A DNA stretch of 64,000 nucleotides, taken from positions 31,806,001-31,870,000 of the forward strand of contig OZ024754.1 in NCBI GenBank assembly GCA_964016885.1, in the 5' to 3' direction. Below the pieces are notes generated by a model. That model saw nothing but the letters and a program-made list of their open reading frames with translations, was not told the origin of the DNA and searched no databases. The position numbers were made by a program, and so were the translations under genes. Below are positions 15,128-27,805 of the stretch, one piece after another. The stretch comes from Eledone cirrhosa (lineage: Eukaryota). Numbering within the stretch: the stretch's first letter is position 1; each line of letters begins with the position of its first letter.

Positions 15128-15460
15128 CAGCACCAAAAACCAGACATATGACTGAACGAAAACAAACAAGCAAAAACTAAATAATAAAATCCCCTCTAAA
15201 AATGTGCCACATTGTAAGGCTGAATGAAAAGATAGAAAAAAATTAGACTCGCGTTAAATGAATGTTGATTGAGCATAACAAAGAAGTCTTCTATACTAAG
15301 AATGCGTGTTACGACTGCTACTGCTGCTGTTGATATTTTTCATTCAGTTGTATTTTCACTAATTTCTATTTTGATGGCTGCAAATAAAACAACAAACGGC
15401 AACTGCAAAAACTAAAAACCTACCAGACGAGAAGACACACCCACACACATATATGTATAC

Positions 15461-15530
<70 letters not shown>

Positions 15531-15533
<3 letters not shown>

Positions 15534-15720
15534 AAAATGTTTAACCCCGACGGCAGAGCTCAAGCCGTTTTGATGGCTATTTCTGGAGTCCAGAAATAGC
15601 CGTCGAAACGGCTTGAGCTCTGCCGTCGGAGTTAAACATTTTCCTATTACCCACTCTACTACCCTAAGTATTGAGTACTCTGGTGCGTTATGGTCCATCT
15701 GGTTCCTTACCACCTCCGTT
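15531..15720 (+). mobile_element. Fold-back element, family B
   Basis: Palindrome 15531-15646 centred on ATTTCTGG-AGT-CCAGAAAT. GAAA(15605)-cggc…gccg-TC is present. Conserved tail CCACTCTACTACC..AAGTATTGAGTACT.TGGTGCGTTATGGTCCA. (TA)n on both sides. Confidence 0.8.
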
Positions 15721-15739
15721 ATATATATATATATATATA

Positions 15740-16105
15740 AATAAAATTAGTCCTTCATCAGTGATCTTCCAACTTTCATTGGTATTTCATTGCTTTAAAA
15801 ATCATATACCTCTGATTGGTGCGAGCAATAACTAAATAAAGTTATTGGGACAAGTGAAATAGGGTGAAACGAGCGAGACCTTCCTATCTTTCCGTTGCAA
15901 TACCATCGTTGTTTGTTTACATGTCTCGCTCGTTTCACCCTATTTCACTTGTCCCAATAACTTTATTTAGTTATTGCTCGCACCAACCAGAGGTATATGA
16001 TTTTTAAAGCGATGAAATACCAATGAAAGTTGGAAATCACTGATGAAGGACTAATTTTATTCATATGTAACCCATGTGCAACCACGCAGCACTTCATTTT
16101 TCTTA
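15740..16105 (+). mobile_element. Fold-back element, family E (about 140-bp inverted arms)
   Basis: 15740-15879 is the reverse complement of 15924-16061. The tail CATATGTAACCCATGTGCAACC is shared with 21105-21265 (-) and 43398-43440. Flanked by (TA)n. Confidence 0.8.
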
Positions 16106-16774
16106 TATATATATATATATATATATATACATAGTATTAAGGATACTATTTATGGTTATGTATATACTAAAACTTTTTATAGTTATATATATTTTAAACC
16201 CTAAACAGTGAAAGACAGTAATTTATTACTACCTTATTACCAGTAAGATAAATAGCTCAATGTAATAACATTGGATTAAAGAACAACAAGCTGTAATAAT
16301 CTAACATAATACATCAAGCATCCAATACTGAATCATCGTTAATTATGTGAAGGACATATAATCTATATATTACGTTTCCTGGATTGTGAAAATGGTGGTG
16401 TATACAAAAACCATAACATTATTTTGCTTCTCATTTTTAATATTTCTCTGCACACAAGCTTCTTTATCATACATAAAAAAATACTTTACCAATACAACCC
16501 CCATGATACTCTTGATTACCCGCTTAAAGTGCTTGTATTGCATATAACACCTTGCCGCACAATAATCTTATATAAATAAGACACACGTGCATGCCCCACG
16601 TGTAACTATTGCATACACTAACTACTTCAAACTGCATACACTAACTACTTCAAACTATCCTCTTGCATTATCTTCGTAAACTGCCGATGTTGTATTTTAA
16701 CTTTAATTTTGTTTTAATTTTGTTTTAATATGATTTTAATTTTTGAATGTAAATTGCCATGCTAAAATATTATA

Positions 16775-16960
16775 ATTGCTTTAACTTTAGGCACAAGGCC
16801 AGCAATTACCCAGTGCATTACTGGTACTTTATTTTATCGACCCCGTAAGGATGAAAGGCAAAGTTAACCTCGGCGGGATTTGAACTCAGACCGAAAAGGG
16901 ACGTAACTATGCTAGAAAACATGGCGTCCAACCCTCTACCCATACTGCCAATTCACCGCC
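16775..16960 (-). mobile_element. Full-length tRNA-derived SINE (main family)
   Basis: The reverse complement starts GGCGGTGAATTGGCAGTATGGTAGAG and contains B box GAGTTCAAATCC and the Deu-like core. Confidence 0.88.
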
Positions 16961-17059
16961 CTAAAATATTATAATGGATGTCACCCCACTGTGCATCGAT
17001 ATATACATAGGTTTCTGTATGTCTCTTGTGTTGGAAAGGAGGTCATGTAAAGTAAACAA

Positions 17060-17600
17060 TCATTGAAAAATTGCTCCGAAGGCTCCAAACCTCGGTTTGG
17101 ACGAAACAATAACTAATAAATGGTTTGAACAGAACTTTGATTCATGTAATTTCTATATATATATATATACATATATATATACATATATATATACATATAT
17201 TATTAGTTTTGCGAGGTCTTTGATAGGAAATCGTGTGTCGAAACAAATATTGTTATACTTGTGTTTGTGTCTAAATTATATCTGTATTTTTGACCGTTGG
17301 TCAGTCAATGGTTAACATTGAGGACCGAATAAATTAAATTAATTGATATAAAAGATATAGAAGCGAAAACCAACCAAACAGTGTGTTCTGTTATTAATTC
17401 TGGCAATTTGGCAGTATCGGTAGAGGGTCGGACGCCATGCTTTGACGCATAGAGTTATGACCCTTGCCATTCTGAGGTTGACTTTGCCTTTCATCCTTAC
17501 GGGGTCGATAAAATAAAGTACCAGTAATGTACTGGGTAATTGCTGGCCTTGTGCCAATAGTAGAAACAATTATTACACAAATATGACCCTCCCCAATATA
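17060..17600 (+). mobile_element. Penelope-like pLTR remnant (family K) interrupted by a SINE at about 17409-17572
   Basis: 17290-17408 plus 17573-17597 match the uninterrupted 54028-54175 (…CTGGCAAT|ATTAC.CAAATATGACCCTCCC). A degenerate HHR at about 17070-17110 reads CCGAAGG-c tccaaac ctcg gtttgga c-GAAA. Confidence 0.65.
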
Positions 17601-18042
17601 TACATATATATATATATATGTGTGTATGTGTATATATATTGGAAAATGTGTGAAATCCTTGGTACAGTTAGGTATATTTGAAAAACGGAAAAGAATAACT
17701 TCACTTGTTCTAAACAATTTGATTTAATTTTATAATATTATGAGTTGGTAGATCTAGTAAGTTCTTTGTTAACTTCGGTGGGAAGATTTTTAAAGTTTCC
17801 TAGTTAACTTTCCTGGAGAACTTTCTCGCATCGTCGGTGGCGATTGTCAAACAGATCGGGTCGTGTTGTGATGTGTGACTCTATATATAAGAGAGATTTG
17901 AATGTGCCTGAGGGCTTAATGAGTGTGGGAGTGAAGTAGTGTTGATGAAGATTTAAAGGACATGTAAACATACTTAGAGCCCATATACATTACATACATA
18001 CACACACACACACACGCACATATATATATATACATACATATA

Positions 18043-18522
18043 TGGTGGCTGCCAACTCGTTTTCGAGTACCGCCACTACTTTCTATCCATGTAGGAGAAC
18101 TCCTACCGATGCGCTGAACGAGTGTGACTTTTTAGTCCAGCCAGCGACTTGAACACTCTGGTACAAACACTACACTTGTGACAATTACTGACACATAGTG
18201 CTGGGCCCATGGTACCATGTGACGACAAGTGCAGAGAGATCTCCTGATACAAAGCAATGCCTGTGCTGTGAAGCTTTTATAGTGAGCAAAGGCACTGCAC
18301 AAAGCCAGTCCCACTCTCTTAACCAAGATGATATTTACCAAAAAGAAGAACAAGTCAATATCATTGGATACCATCAGGGTTGCAGGTGTTATATCAGAGT
18401 TTTCCTTCTCTTAGAATTCTGCCTTGACAAAGGCTAAGGGGTCATCTCTCCCGGTGATTTTGGATGGCCATTGACTCTTAAGAGCTCCTTTGCCCTTTGA
18501 CAGGTTTTGTTTTGTTTTGCAC
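18043..18522. repeat. Interspersed repeat, about 480 bp (family H); inverted copy at 55853-56322 and a short piece at 12698-12750
   Basis: Near-identical sequence TGGTGGCTGCCAACTCGTTTTCGAGTAC…GGCCATTGACTCTTAAGAGCTCCTTTGCCCTTTGACAGG in opposite orientations. Each copy abuts (TA)n. Confidence 0.85.
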
Positions 18523-19110
18523 ATACATATATACATATGTTTTGCACATACATATATACATTGTTTTGCACATACATATATACATATATATATACACACA
18601 TATATACATATATATATACATACATATGTATTCCTGCTATATCAAGCGTTAACCTAAAATATCCCTTCCATATACTATACTGATTATGTTGTTATTTCTG
18701 TTTACCTTTTACATACATATATATATATATACACACACCTACATATATACACACACATACACATATCTACACATATATGCACATACATACATATATACGT
18801 ACACACACACACATACACACACATACATATATATATATGTATATATATATATATACATATATATATGTATATATATATATATTTACATACACACGCACAT
18901 ACACATTTATTCATATATACATACACACATACATACACACATATGTATACACATACCCGTACACCTACAGACATACATACAAACAAATCTACACACACAC
19001 ATATGCACATATGCATACACATCTACTCAAGTATTTCAGTTCCCATAAACATTGGGGTGGGGAAGGGGGAATTAATGAAATGTTAGTGTACCTCTGAGGG
19101 TTGGGCAATA

Positions 19111-19574
19111 CTTGGTTTTAGTGTCCTAAATTATCATCATCGACATTCAATTATTAGCTCCACCCACTACACTATACGTCACGACACGTCATCAGCTGCT
19201 GCTGCTTGATTTTTACTGTTGTTAAAAACTGTAAATCTGTTTTTAAAAAAATGTATTTCGCAGCAACATTTTTTCTGTTAAAAACTGTAAATAAATATTC
19301 ATGTAAAAATGAAGCATAGTTTTTCTGTGAAAAACTGTAAATAAATATTTATTTTGTTCAAAAAATAAATAAAAAATCTAATTTTCTCTGTTAATATTTT
19401 AATAAATATTTATTCTAAAAACTCAGTGTTTTTTCGTGTAAAAATGAAGCATGTAAGAAAATGAAGCATGTAAAAATCAAGCAGCAGCAGCTGATGACGT
19501 GTCGTGACGTATAGTGTAGTGGGTGGAGCTAATAATTGAATGTCGATGATGATAATTAGGACACTAAAACCAAG
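19111..19574. mobile_element. Putative MITE with about 105-bp terminal inverted repeats and TA flanks
   Basis: 19111-19216 is the reverse complement of 19470-19574. TA lies immediately outside both ends. The AT-rich interior has TTTTCTGT(T/G)AAAAACTGTAAA subrepeats. Confidence 0.65.
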
Positions 19575-19699
19575 TATCGATTGAATGTTTGAAAGTACGG
19601 GTGTTATCAACGTATATTTGGATATTTTTCTTTTGTCGATATGCGATTTTTTAAAGAAAAAAGAGAGATGGGAGAATCACGTTAATTGAAGATGGAATA

Positions 19700-19957
19700 T
19701 CATTTTTTTTTTGTGTTCAGTAGTGGTTTGTACATTCTAATGAGGAATTCTTTATATTTCCAGAAATGTTCGCTGTCCGACCATATCTTAAAGAAGGGGA
19801 AAATTGTAAATTTTCCATTTCCGCATGTTGCGAAGTGTTCACTGCATGTGGTGTTTCTGACAGAGGGCATCTCTAATTTGTTGTTTATGTACTCGAACTC
19901 TATCATGTAGGCCCGTTCCGGTTTCACCAATGTAGTATTCTTTACATTGTGGGCAGG
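19700..19957 (-). pseudogene. Frameshifted GIY-YIG endonuclease C-terminus of a Penelope-like element
   Basis: One frame reads CPQCKEYYIGETGTGLHDRVRVHKQQIRD, then shifts to SEHFATCGNGKFTIFPFFKI…KE.LIRMYKPLLN. The YIGET, R, H, E and PxLN landmarks are typical of GIY-YIG domains. Confidence 0.8.
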
Positions 19958-20315
19958 GATAGCTTCCTCTCGACCCATTTCTGGGTGAAAGAGGCCACTC
20001 TGCTCGTCACCTCGTCCCAGTTTTTGTCAGTCTGCTGTCTTACGATAATATATATTTACGTATGAAATTAATGTATTTTCTTTTTGTAGATAAAATTATT
20101 TATGTATTCAAAATTAACCTAGGTAGAAGATTCAACTTTTTTTTCTTTTTTTTTTTTGATTATGAAAAAAAATCTAATAAATTGACCCATAAAGGCCCCC
20201 AGGATGGAAAAAAGTTGACAGCGTCGCCCAAGATTCAGATACTCTAACCATTATTAACTGCACATCTTTTATTAGGGAGAGAATTCAGCAAGATAAAAAC
20301 AAGGCATTATTGCAT

Positions 20316-20503
20316 GTGAATTGGCAGTATCGGTAGAGGGTTGGACGCCATGCTTTGTAGCATAGTTACGTCCCTTTACGGCCTGAGTTCAAATCCCGCC
20401 GAGGTTAACTTTGCCTTTCATCCTTACGGGGACGATAAAATAAAGTACCAGTAATGTACTGGGTAATTGCTGGCCTTGTGCCTAAACCTAAAGTAGAAAC
20501 AAT
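20316..20503 (+). mobile_element. Full-length tRNA-derived SINE (main family)
   Basis: GTGAATTGGCAGTATCGGTAGAG…GAGTTCAAATCCCGCCGAGGTTAACTTTGCCTTTCATCCTTACGGGG…GTAGAAACAATT. Confidence 0.88.
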
Positions 20504-21069
20504 TATTGCATTGATGTTCGTTATTTACAGACCAACTGGTCTCAAGACATACTAGAAACTGCAGCCAAATAATAACTAATTAAATCAGGAAGTTTGTATG
20601 ATAGAACGAGGAGAGCTGTCAGGTGAGTTAGTAGGAACAGGTTTAAAATAATATTGATTATACGTACAGTATTCTGTAGGGAAGGCGTAGTTGGGTGTGC
20701 AGGTAGTTCTGTGTATCAGTTGATAATGATAAAAAGTGAACAAACCTCTTTAGATATATTTCAATTATTTTCACTTTTCTTCTTTGAATATAAAAAATAG
20801 TTTCGAATACTTGACTGCTGATAAAATCGCGATAAAACATAAAGGGAGATAATTTGTCACTTTGTATGATAAAATCTGAAAATAAATTATTTGTTTGCTT
20901 TCCATTTAACCAATGTAAATATAACAACACCTTAGAGTCTCTCTAAGCTAGACTAAGTAGTGATTATTTATTAAATGTTCTCAAGTATATTTATATACAA
21001 CTTCATCTATAAACTTGCTATGTTTGTACTATATATGTGTGTTTGTACTATATATGTGTGTTTGTACTA

Positions 21070-21104
<35 letters not shown>

Positions 21105-21669
21105 GAAAAAATGGGGAGAAGAATACTGCTGGTTGCACATGGATAACATGTAATAAAATAAGTCCCTCATCAGTGATTTGCCGACGATCATAGATATTTC
21201 ATTGCATTAAAAATCATATACCTCACGTCGGTGCAATAATAACTAAATTAAGTTATTAGGACAATTAAAACGCGTAAAGCGAGTGAAGCAAGATAACAAC
21301 AAACCGTGGAAGGAAGGGAACAAGCTTCATAGTTATTCTGTTAGCATAAGCTAGGTGAATATATGAGTGCTTAGAAAAAAGACCTTTCAGGAGCGAATTC
21401 AAATGTGAGAGGAGAGAAAATGATTTCGTCGCGAACGGGGTGAAGTGAGAAGAGGAGAAACAGTGAGTGAGTGAGTGGAAGTGTGAGGAAGAGTTAACTG
21501 ACAGAGGGGACGAAAGAAAGTAGGAGAAACAGAGAGAGCGAGGGAGCAGTAAGAGAGAGAGAGAGAAAAAAAAACAGAATCGCAGTTTAGGTAAATATAT
21601 GTAAAAAAATGGGGAGAAGAATACTGCTGGTTGCACATAGATAACATGTAATAAAATAAGTCCCTCATT
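21105..21669 (-). mobile_element. Family E element with about 65-bp terminal direct repeats (500-bp period)
   Basis: AAAAAATGGGGAGAAGAATACTGCTGGTTGCACAT…AAGTCCCTCAT occurs at about 21106 and 21605. 21160-21262 is homologous to 15745-15853. It ends at (TA)n. Confidence 0.75.
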
Positions 21670-21670
21670 A

Positions 21671-22204
21671 AATCATGTCTTTAGAATTATTAGATAAAAT
21701 ATATACCGTTTCTTCTTCCAATTAGCATAATTAACCATATAAAAAATCAATTAGACCAAGCTATAAGAAGAAAGGCTCTTATGAAGTAATCTTCGACAAA
21801 TAACCGAAAGTGGCCTCTTCGCGGTGGCCCCAATAGAGTATTTATCCAACATTTCGACAGCATGTGGAAACTGACTAAATATATCATCAACCATACACAA
21901 TTAGGTGTAAAATTAAACTTAGAAGAAATGTACGGTATGTACACATTTCTTCTAAGTTTAATTTTACACCTAATTGTGTATGGTTGATGATATATTTAGT
22001 CAGTTTCCACATGCTGTCGAAATGTTGGATAAATACTCTATTGGGGCCACCGCGAAGAGGCCACTTTCGGTTATTTGTCGAAGATTTCTTCATAAGAGCC
22101 TTTCTTCTTATAGCTTGGTCTAATTGATTTTTTATATGGTTAATTATGCTAATTGGAAGAAGAAACGGTATATATTTTATCTAATAATTCTTAAGACATG
22201 ATTT
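21671..22204. repeat. Near-perfect long palindrome (about 260-bp arms, few-nt spacer)
   Basis: AAATCATGTCTTTAGAATTATTAG…AGAAGAAATGTAC is mirrored by GTACACATTTCTTCT…CTAATAATTCTTAAGACATGATTT. The centre is near 21935. Confidence 0.93.
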
Positions 22205-22306
22205 ATGATATATTGCTCTGATTATTTAATTTATTAATTCTTCATAGAGCTTACAAGTGACCGGTTGCAACATATATATCTATAACTTTATGTATATGTA
22301 AAACTT

Positions 22307-22362
<56 letters not shown>

Positions 22363-22406
22363 TGTGTGTGTATATATAAACATATAAACATATATATATA
22401 TATATG

Positions 22407-22680
22407 TAGAGGTTATATTTAATTTGTTGAGATACAATAAGCAAAATATTTTTTATAACTGATATAAAGCACTCAACAAATTATTGGAGTAAATATACAA
22501 TATATTAACAAATGGAAACTATATTTATAAAACCATATTTATTTCATTATACATATTTTAAGGGCCACCAGAGCAAACTATGGTGCGCTTTCATCAGATA
22601 AAATATAATATAGGTTAGTTTTATAAATAAATATTGACATACCCTTAAAAAATGCAACCATTCTGGTTGGAATCTCCTGT
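22407..22680 (-). mobile_element. Family C pLTR-like element with hammerhead-like motif
   Basis: Nearly identical to 47130-47388 and homologous to 43490-43735 and 51270-51435. The minus strand has CTGATGA at 22591-22597, with GAAA mutated to TAAA in this copy. (TA)n on both sides. Confidence 0.75.
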
Positions 22681-22681
22681 T

Positions 22682-22779
<98 letters not shown>

Positions 22780-22798
22780 TACACACACACATACACAC

Positions 22799-22833
<35 letters not shown>

Positions 22834-23522
22834 TCCAGGGAGTGTAAGGTGAAGTTACTGTAGTTTCACCCAGGTGAGAAATCGATGTATAGGATGTTTA
22901 GGATTACGTTTATTGATTGATGGCGCGCGTTTCGCAATTGATCAGCTCAAGGTTCGATCTGAATCTATCTGGCCCGACTCTGGACTCAAAAGTTCGTCGG
23001 ACCTCTGCTGTTGTAATGACAACAGAAGAGCTCCGTCGAGGGCTCTTGAAGAGTGTGCATCCTTAACCAGTGTGCATTCTTATACATTTAGATAGGAATT
23101 CTCCTATTACTAGATCGACAAGTGTTGCAAAGACTATGTTTCGTTGGGGACGCCTAATATGACTGACTGGTCTCTGCTAATTTATTCAACGTGTCATCAT
23201 AATAAACAAACATAGATTACTGTATTGCCGTAGTTCCTAAAATCGTCTGAGAGTGGGATCTTTTCTTGAAATATAAAGGACCAATAAAATATTTCCAAGG
23301 TAACTTTACAACACCATTATTGTTGTTATTTTGAATATTTAATGTTCTATTTACATTACTGTAGCTTTCTAAAACACCATTTTCTATACATACCCCAATG
23401 CTTCAAGTAAGTTACAACATCCTTCAATAATTATGTTTTTTTTTCTCACCATATTTCTAGTCCTTTCACTAAATACCTTAACTAAATATTTTAACTGGGC
23501 ACTGACATGCTTTAGATATAAA

Positions 23523-23701
23523 TGTTTCTACTTTTGGCACAAGGCCAGCAATTACCCAGTGCATTACTGGTACTTTATTTTATCGACCCCGTAAGGATGA
23601 AAGGCAAAGTAAACCTCGGCGGGATTTGAATGGCAAGGACCGTAACTCTATGCGCCAAAGCATGGCGTCCGACCCTCTACCGATACTGCCAATCCACCGC
23701 C
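23523..23701 (-). mobile_element. tRNA-derived SINE (main family)
   Basis: Same diagnostic blocks as 16775-16960. Confidence 0.85.
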
Positions 23702-24618
23702 TTATTAGATATAAAGTCTTTCAACAAGACACTTTATTTTTCAAGCTGCTCCTCTCAACTCAGCTGGCAAAAACCAGTTGTTCCGGTAAATCAAAAGGCA
23801 AAACTTGTCGCACACTGTATCACGCCGATTCGTCTTGAGAATTATGTTAATGGTACACGTGTTTGTGGAATGCTCAGCCACTTGCACGTTAATTTCGTGA
23901 GCAGGCTGTTGCATTTATAGAAAAACTGGAACACTCGTTGTCGGTGAAACACACACATGAGCAACAGATTCTAGACATCTATTGCAGCCACTAAACAACA
24001 ATTTTCTCGCTATTAAGAGATATCTCATGATTGTATATGTATTGCATTAATGTCCCATCATTCAAAGATATTTCACACATCACATAACCTGAAATACGAG
24101 CTTGCTTCTAGATTATTTAATCCCAATACTTGCACCCGACGACATATTTTCCGATTAAACACTAAACCTTTTCTTTTTTTGTTTCTTTTATAAAGTCTCA
24201 ACAAACTTGTAAATCAACTATGACTCAGTTGATTTTATTTTTACAAAAGACCCGAGTAGTTACACACTGTCGACGCAGCATAGCTGAATGGTTAAGGAGT
24301 TCACTTTGTAATCATTAGGTCTCAGGTTCGATCCCACTACGATTCATTTGGTTTGGGATACGTGATGTGGGGCACCTAAAAGGCAACGTTTTGGGAGATG
24401 CAAAAGGCATTGATTGATTTTAGTTTGTTGTTACATAAAGGTAAGTGTGATAATATCTTAACAATCGGAATGATCCCATCTACAAGGTCTTATATTTCAT
24501 TTATCCCATGCAATTTAAAAATTATATTCACAAACATATTCAAAGAATGGATGGGTAAATCCTATTGCTTTTGCATGACATTCTACACTTGGGAGATTGA
24601 GGTCGTTGAAAATATTTA

Positions 24619-24799
24619 CGAGGGTCCGCTAAAAAGTTCATAGGCTGACTATGAAGAATTAGTGCTAGAGCTGTGAAACCTTGCATGTATTAATTTCAAC
24701 TCTTCTTATTAATAACTGCATTGTTTTTTCCAGGGACCTTATTTGGTCTTATTCCATGAGAGTATCTTGGTCAGCCTATGAAAAATCAGCCGACCCTCG
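24619..24799. mobile_element. Mariner/Tc1-type MITE
   Basis: TA|CGAGGGTC.GCT…TTCATAGGCTGAC at the left end and GTCAGCCTATGAA…AGCCGACCCTCG|TA at the right end. TA target duplication and CGAGGG termini are typical of mariner elements. Confidence 0.8.
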
Positions 24800-25071
24800 T
24801 AACTTGGTATCTATGGTGACGATGTGAAAGCATCGTAAGGTAAATTGTTTTAAATAACTAAATTCTAACCTTTTAAAAATTTAACAAAGTGATCAGAAAT
24901 ATTTTAAAATAAGCAGTGATTGGATAACTACATACTATGAAGAAAACGAACTCTGATTATGGCCAGTCATTAAAATATACACCGCAAAATTAAACGCTTC
25001 CTATTTTCATTTTAATAACGCAATAAAAAATAATAGAATTCTCAACACTATATATTAACACAGAAATTATT

Positions 25072-26589
25072 TTAATCAATTTTGCTCTTCTTCTTACAAC
25101 AAACAGATAAACATTTTTTTCCAATCAGATATATGAAATATATCAATAGAAATGTCACTGCAAATATAGGAACCAACACATCGATCATGAGAAATTCATA
25201 CAATGGACTCTCTTGACATGGAGATTTTAGATATGTTCCACCATACTTTAAAATATGATCAATATGGCGAGCTGATTTCTTTGCTGGATGTTCGGGACGA
25301 GAGTGAAATATTTCACTTGCTCTTTTAATGTTCTTAGAATATTTATCATTTTCAATCAATTCATTTATTTTTTCTATTAATTCCTCACTAGTAAAGTTTT
25401 CTATGTCTAGAGAAACACCATATCCTTTGGTGGTCATTCTACGTGCATTATAATGTTGATCACCAAATAAGGGAATTCCTAGCATTGGTACACCATGGAA
25501 CAAAGCTTCAAACTGACCACTATTTCCACAATGAGTAACAAACAATTTAGTTTTTGGATGTCCAAGCAGGTCATTTTGTGGTATCCAGTTACTGAGATAG
25601 ATATTCTTATGAGAAAATGATGTTTTCTTCTGTCTCCACACAACATCATATTTTATTTGTTTAAAAGCATTTTGTAGTTTTTCTAATTGAGCATCGGGGA
25701 AATCATCGATATTACTGCCAAATGATACAAGGACTATTCCGTTCTTAGAAGCATTTACAAATTCCAGTAATTCTCCCTTCAAGGGTAGCGAATGTTTTGT
25801 AACGAGACCACCAACATATCTTACGTTTGGAAGTTGGGGTATAGGAAAATCTAAAAGTATATCTTTTTCAATCAGAAAAAATTGTGCCTGGTGCAGTAAA
25901 TCTATCAAAGAGATATCAGGTTTGTCTTTAGCGTATGTTTTGATACTGTGTGGAGGTGATCCTATGGGAGGAATGCTATACTCTACAATAGAAAACAAAG
26001 TAGTTATTATCTTTTCTAAATATGTCATCTTGTCCGTGAATCCGATAATGCTATTTGGGAAAAAACTGGGGAGCCAGGGAATACGATGAATACTGGGAAA
26101 TATCTCAGATCCTGTGATAACAAACGGTATTGAGAGTTGATAAGCAATAATTGTAAGACAATTCGCAAAAAACAACCCGTTGATAACAACTAAACTGGCG
26201 TTGACTGCTCTCAGTGATTCGATCCACTTTTCATTGTTTAAAAATCTATCACACAGTATAGGAAATCTCTTCAATCCGTTTCGCATCATATAAATACGTT
26301 TTGATGTTTCATTCTGCTTCTGTGCGTCAGATCGTATTTTTTCAATTTCTGGTATGTCATCCATTGGAATGGAATGTATGTATTTTTCGTTGCGGTAAGT
26401 TTCAGTGAGTTTTTTACTCAGAGTAAAATAGTTCTTATGTCCATATTTTGTTAATTCGTTTGCTATAGAAATCATCGGATGTATGTGACTATAGAAAGGC
26501 CATGCTAGATATAAAATATTTTCACTGCTAACTGTCCTTAAAGGGATAACAGTGCATAATACCAGAGTTGTGATAAATAAACTCTTCAT
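25072..26589 (-). CDS. UDP-glucuronosyl/UDP-glycosyltransferase (GT1, ER membrane type), copy 1, 505 aa, intronless CDS
   Basis: N-terminal signal peptide; catalytic-His region (PFYSHI); UDPGT signature WIPQNDLLGHPKTKLFVTHCGNSGQFEALFHGVPMLGIPLFGDQ; C-terminal TM helix; dilysine ER-retention tail KKKSKID. Confidence 0.96.
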   Translation of the reverse strand: MKSLFITTLVLCTVIPLRTVSSENILYLAWPFYSHIHPMISIANELTKYGHKNYFTLSKKLTETYRNEKYIHSIPMDDIPEIEKIRSDAQKQNETSKRIYMMRNGLKRFPILCDRFLNNEKWIESLRAVNASLVVINGLFFANCLTIIAYQLSIPFVITGSEIFPSIHRIPWLPSFFPNSIIGFTDKMTYLEKIITTLFSIVEYSIPPIGSPPHSIKTYAKDKPDISLIDLLHQAQFFLIEKDILLDFPIPQLPNVRYVGGLVTKHSLPLKGELLEFVNASKNGIVLVSFGSNIDDFPDAQLEKLQNAFKQIKYDVVWRQKKTSFSHKNIYLSNWIPQNDLLGHPKTKLFVTHCGNSGQFEALFHGVPMLGIPLFGDQHYNARRMTTKGYGVSLDIENFTSEELIEKINELIENDKYSKNIKRASEIFHSRPEHPAKKSARHIDHILKYGGTYLKSPCQESPLYEFLMIDVLVPIFAVTFLLIYFIYLIGKKCLSVCCKKKSKID

Positions 26590-26610
26590 TGTTTTCTACA
26601 AAGTTGTGTC

Positions 26611-26635
26611 CTGAAATAACAGATTTAGAGAGATT
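26611..26635 (-). promoter_or_regulatory. Probable 3' splice acceptor 21 nt upstream of the UGT copy 1 ATG
   Basis: Minus strand TCTCTCTAAATCTGTATTTCAG|GACAC. Conserved at identical spacing in all three UGT copies. Confidence 0.65.
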
Positions 26636-26696
26636 AAACTGTGGTTATATAAGAAATAGAGTTGTCTTTATGCACTAGAATCAGGTAGTTATATGT

Positions 26697-26833
<137 letters not shown>

Positions 26834-27622
26834 TTTACGTTGTATGTTTTAACTTATAGGTTTGTGTTCCACAACAACCACACAACCATTAATTCTTACG
26901 CTGGAGCGGCTATACATTTGACAGAAACAATGGAAAATCGTGAATGGTGGAGATACCGTGTCAGGAACTTTCGACTATGGTTGCGCAATGCCGATGACTT
27001 TAGGGTGAGCTCTGATCGGATGAGTTTGAAATTGCTACGCTGGGTCACCGCCTGCAAGCATTTCCACGGTCATGTCAAACTGTTCTTCGAACTGTTAACT
27101 TACAGATCACAGACATAAACACTGAGGTTTTTAGACCATAAACATGAAAATAATTACTGGTACTGACCGACACACAGATATATAAACACACACATACGCA
27201 CGTTCTTATATTCACACACACACACTCACACAAACGCATAGACATATATTTATGAGTGACTGTTTATGGCCTGAAAAATATATATACCTATTTATTCAGA
27301 CACACACACACATACATATATATACACACACATACATTCACACTCATATACATGTTGATCTGTGTGTGTATGTAGCAGTAGAGAAAAAAAATTGAAGAAA
27401 AACTTACATGAAATAACTATGATACCATACAACGTTTTCTATCTCCCTCTATCCTTCAATAAAAAAACATCTCTCTCTCTCTCTCTCTCTCTCTACGTAA
27501 AATTATATCATACTCTCTTAAAAGTAGGACACATGTCAAGATAACCTGAAAAATTTTCTGCTATGTAATCACACACACACACATATTACACACACACACA
27601 CACATCACACACACACATATAT

Positions 27623-27805
27623 AATTGTTTCTACTTTAGGCACAAGGCCAGCAATTACCCAGTTCATTACTGGTACTTTATTTCATCGACCCTGTAAGGA
27701 TGAAAGGCAAAGTCAAACTCGCCGGGATTTGAACTCAGATCGTAAAGGGACGTAACTATGCTGGAAAGCATGGCGTCCGACCCTCTACCGATACTGCCAA
27801 TCCAC
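27623..27805 (-). mobile_element. tRNA-derived SINE (main family)
   Basis: Same diagnostic blocks. A further partial copy lies at 28889-28977. Confidence 0.85.

Noticed and set aside
19485-19530. CTGATGA in the inverted-repeat arm as a hammerhead core
   Set aside because: No GAAA follows the short CGT…ACG stem, and there is no stem I/III register.
24272-24340. tRNA-like sequence (GCAGCATAGCTGAATGGTTAAGG…GGTTCGATCCC)
   Set aside because: The acceptor stem does not close properly. It is best explained as a SINE head, like the other A/B-box sequences in the window.
26985-27045. CCGATGA…GAAA-ttgc-TA upstream of UGT copy 1 as another hammerhead
   Set aside because: Stem II does not start adjacent to the core and stem I pairing is poor, so it is likely chance.
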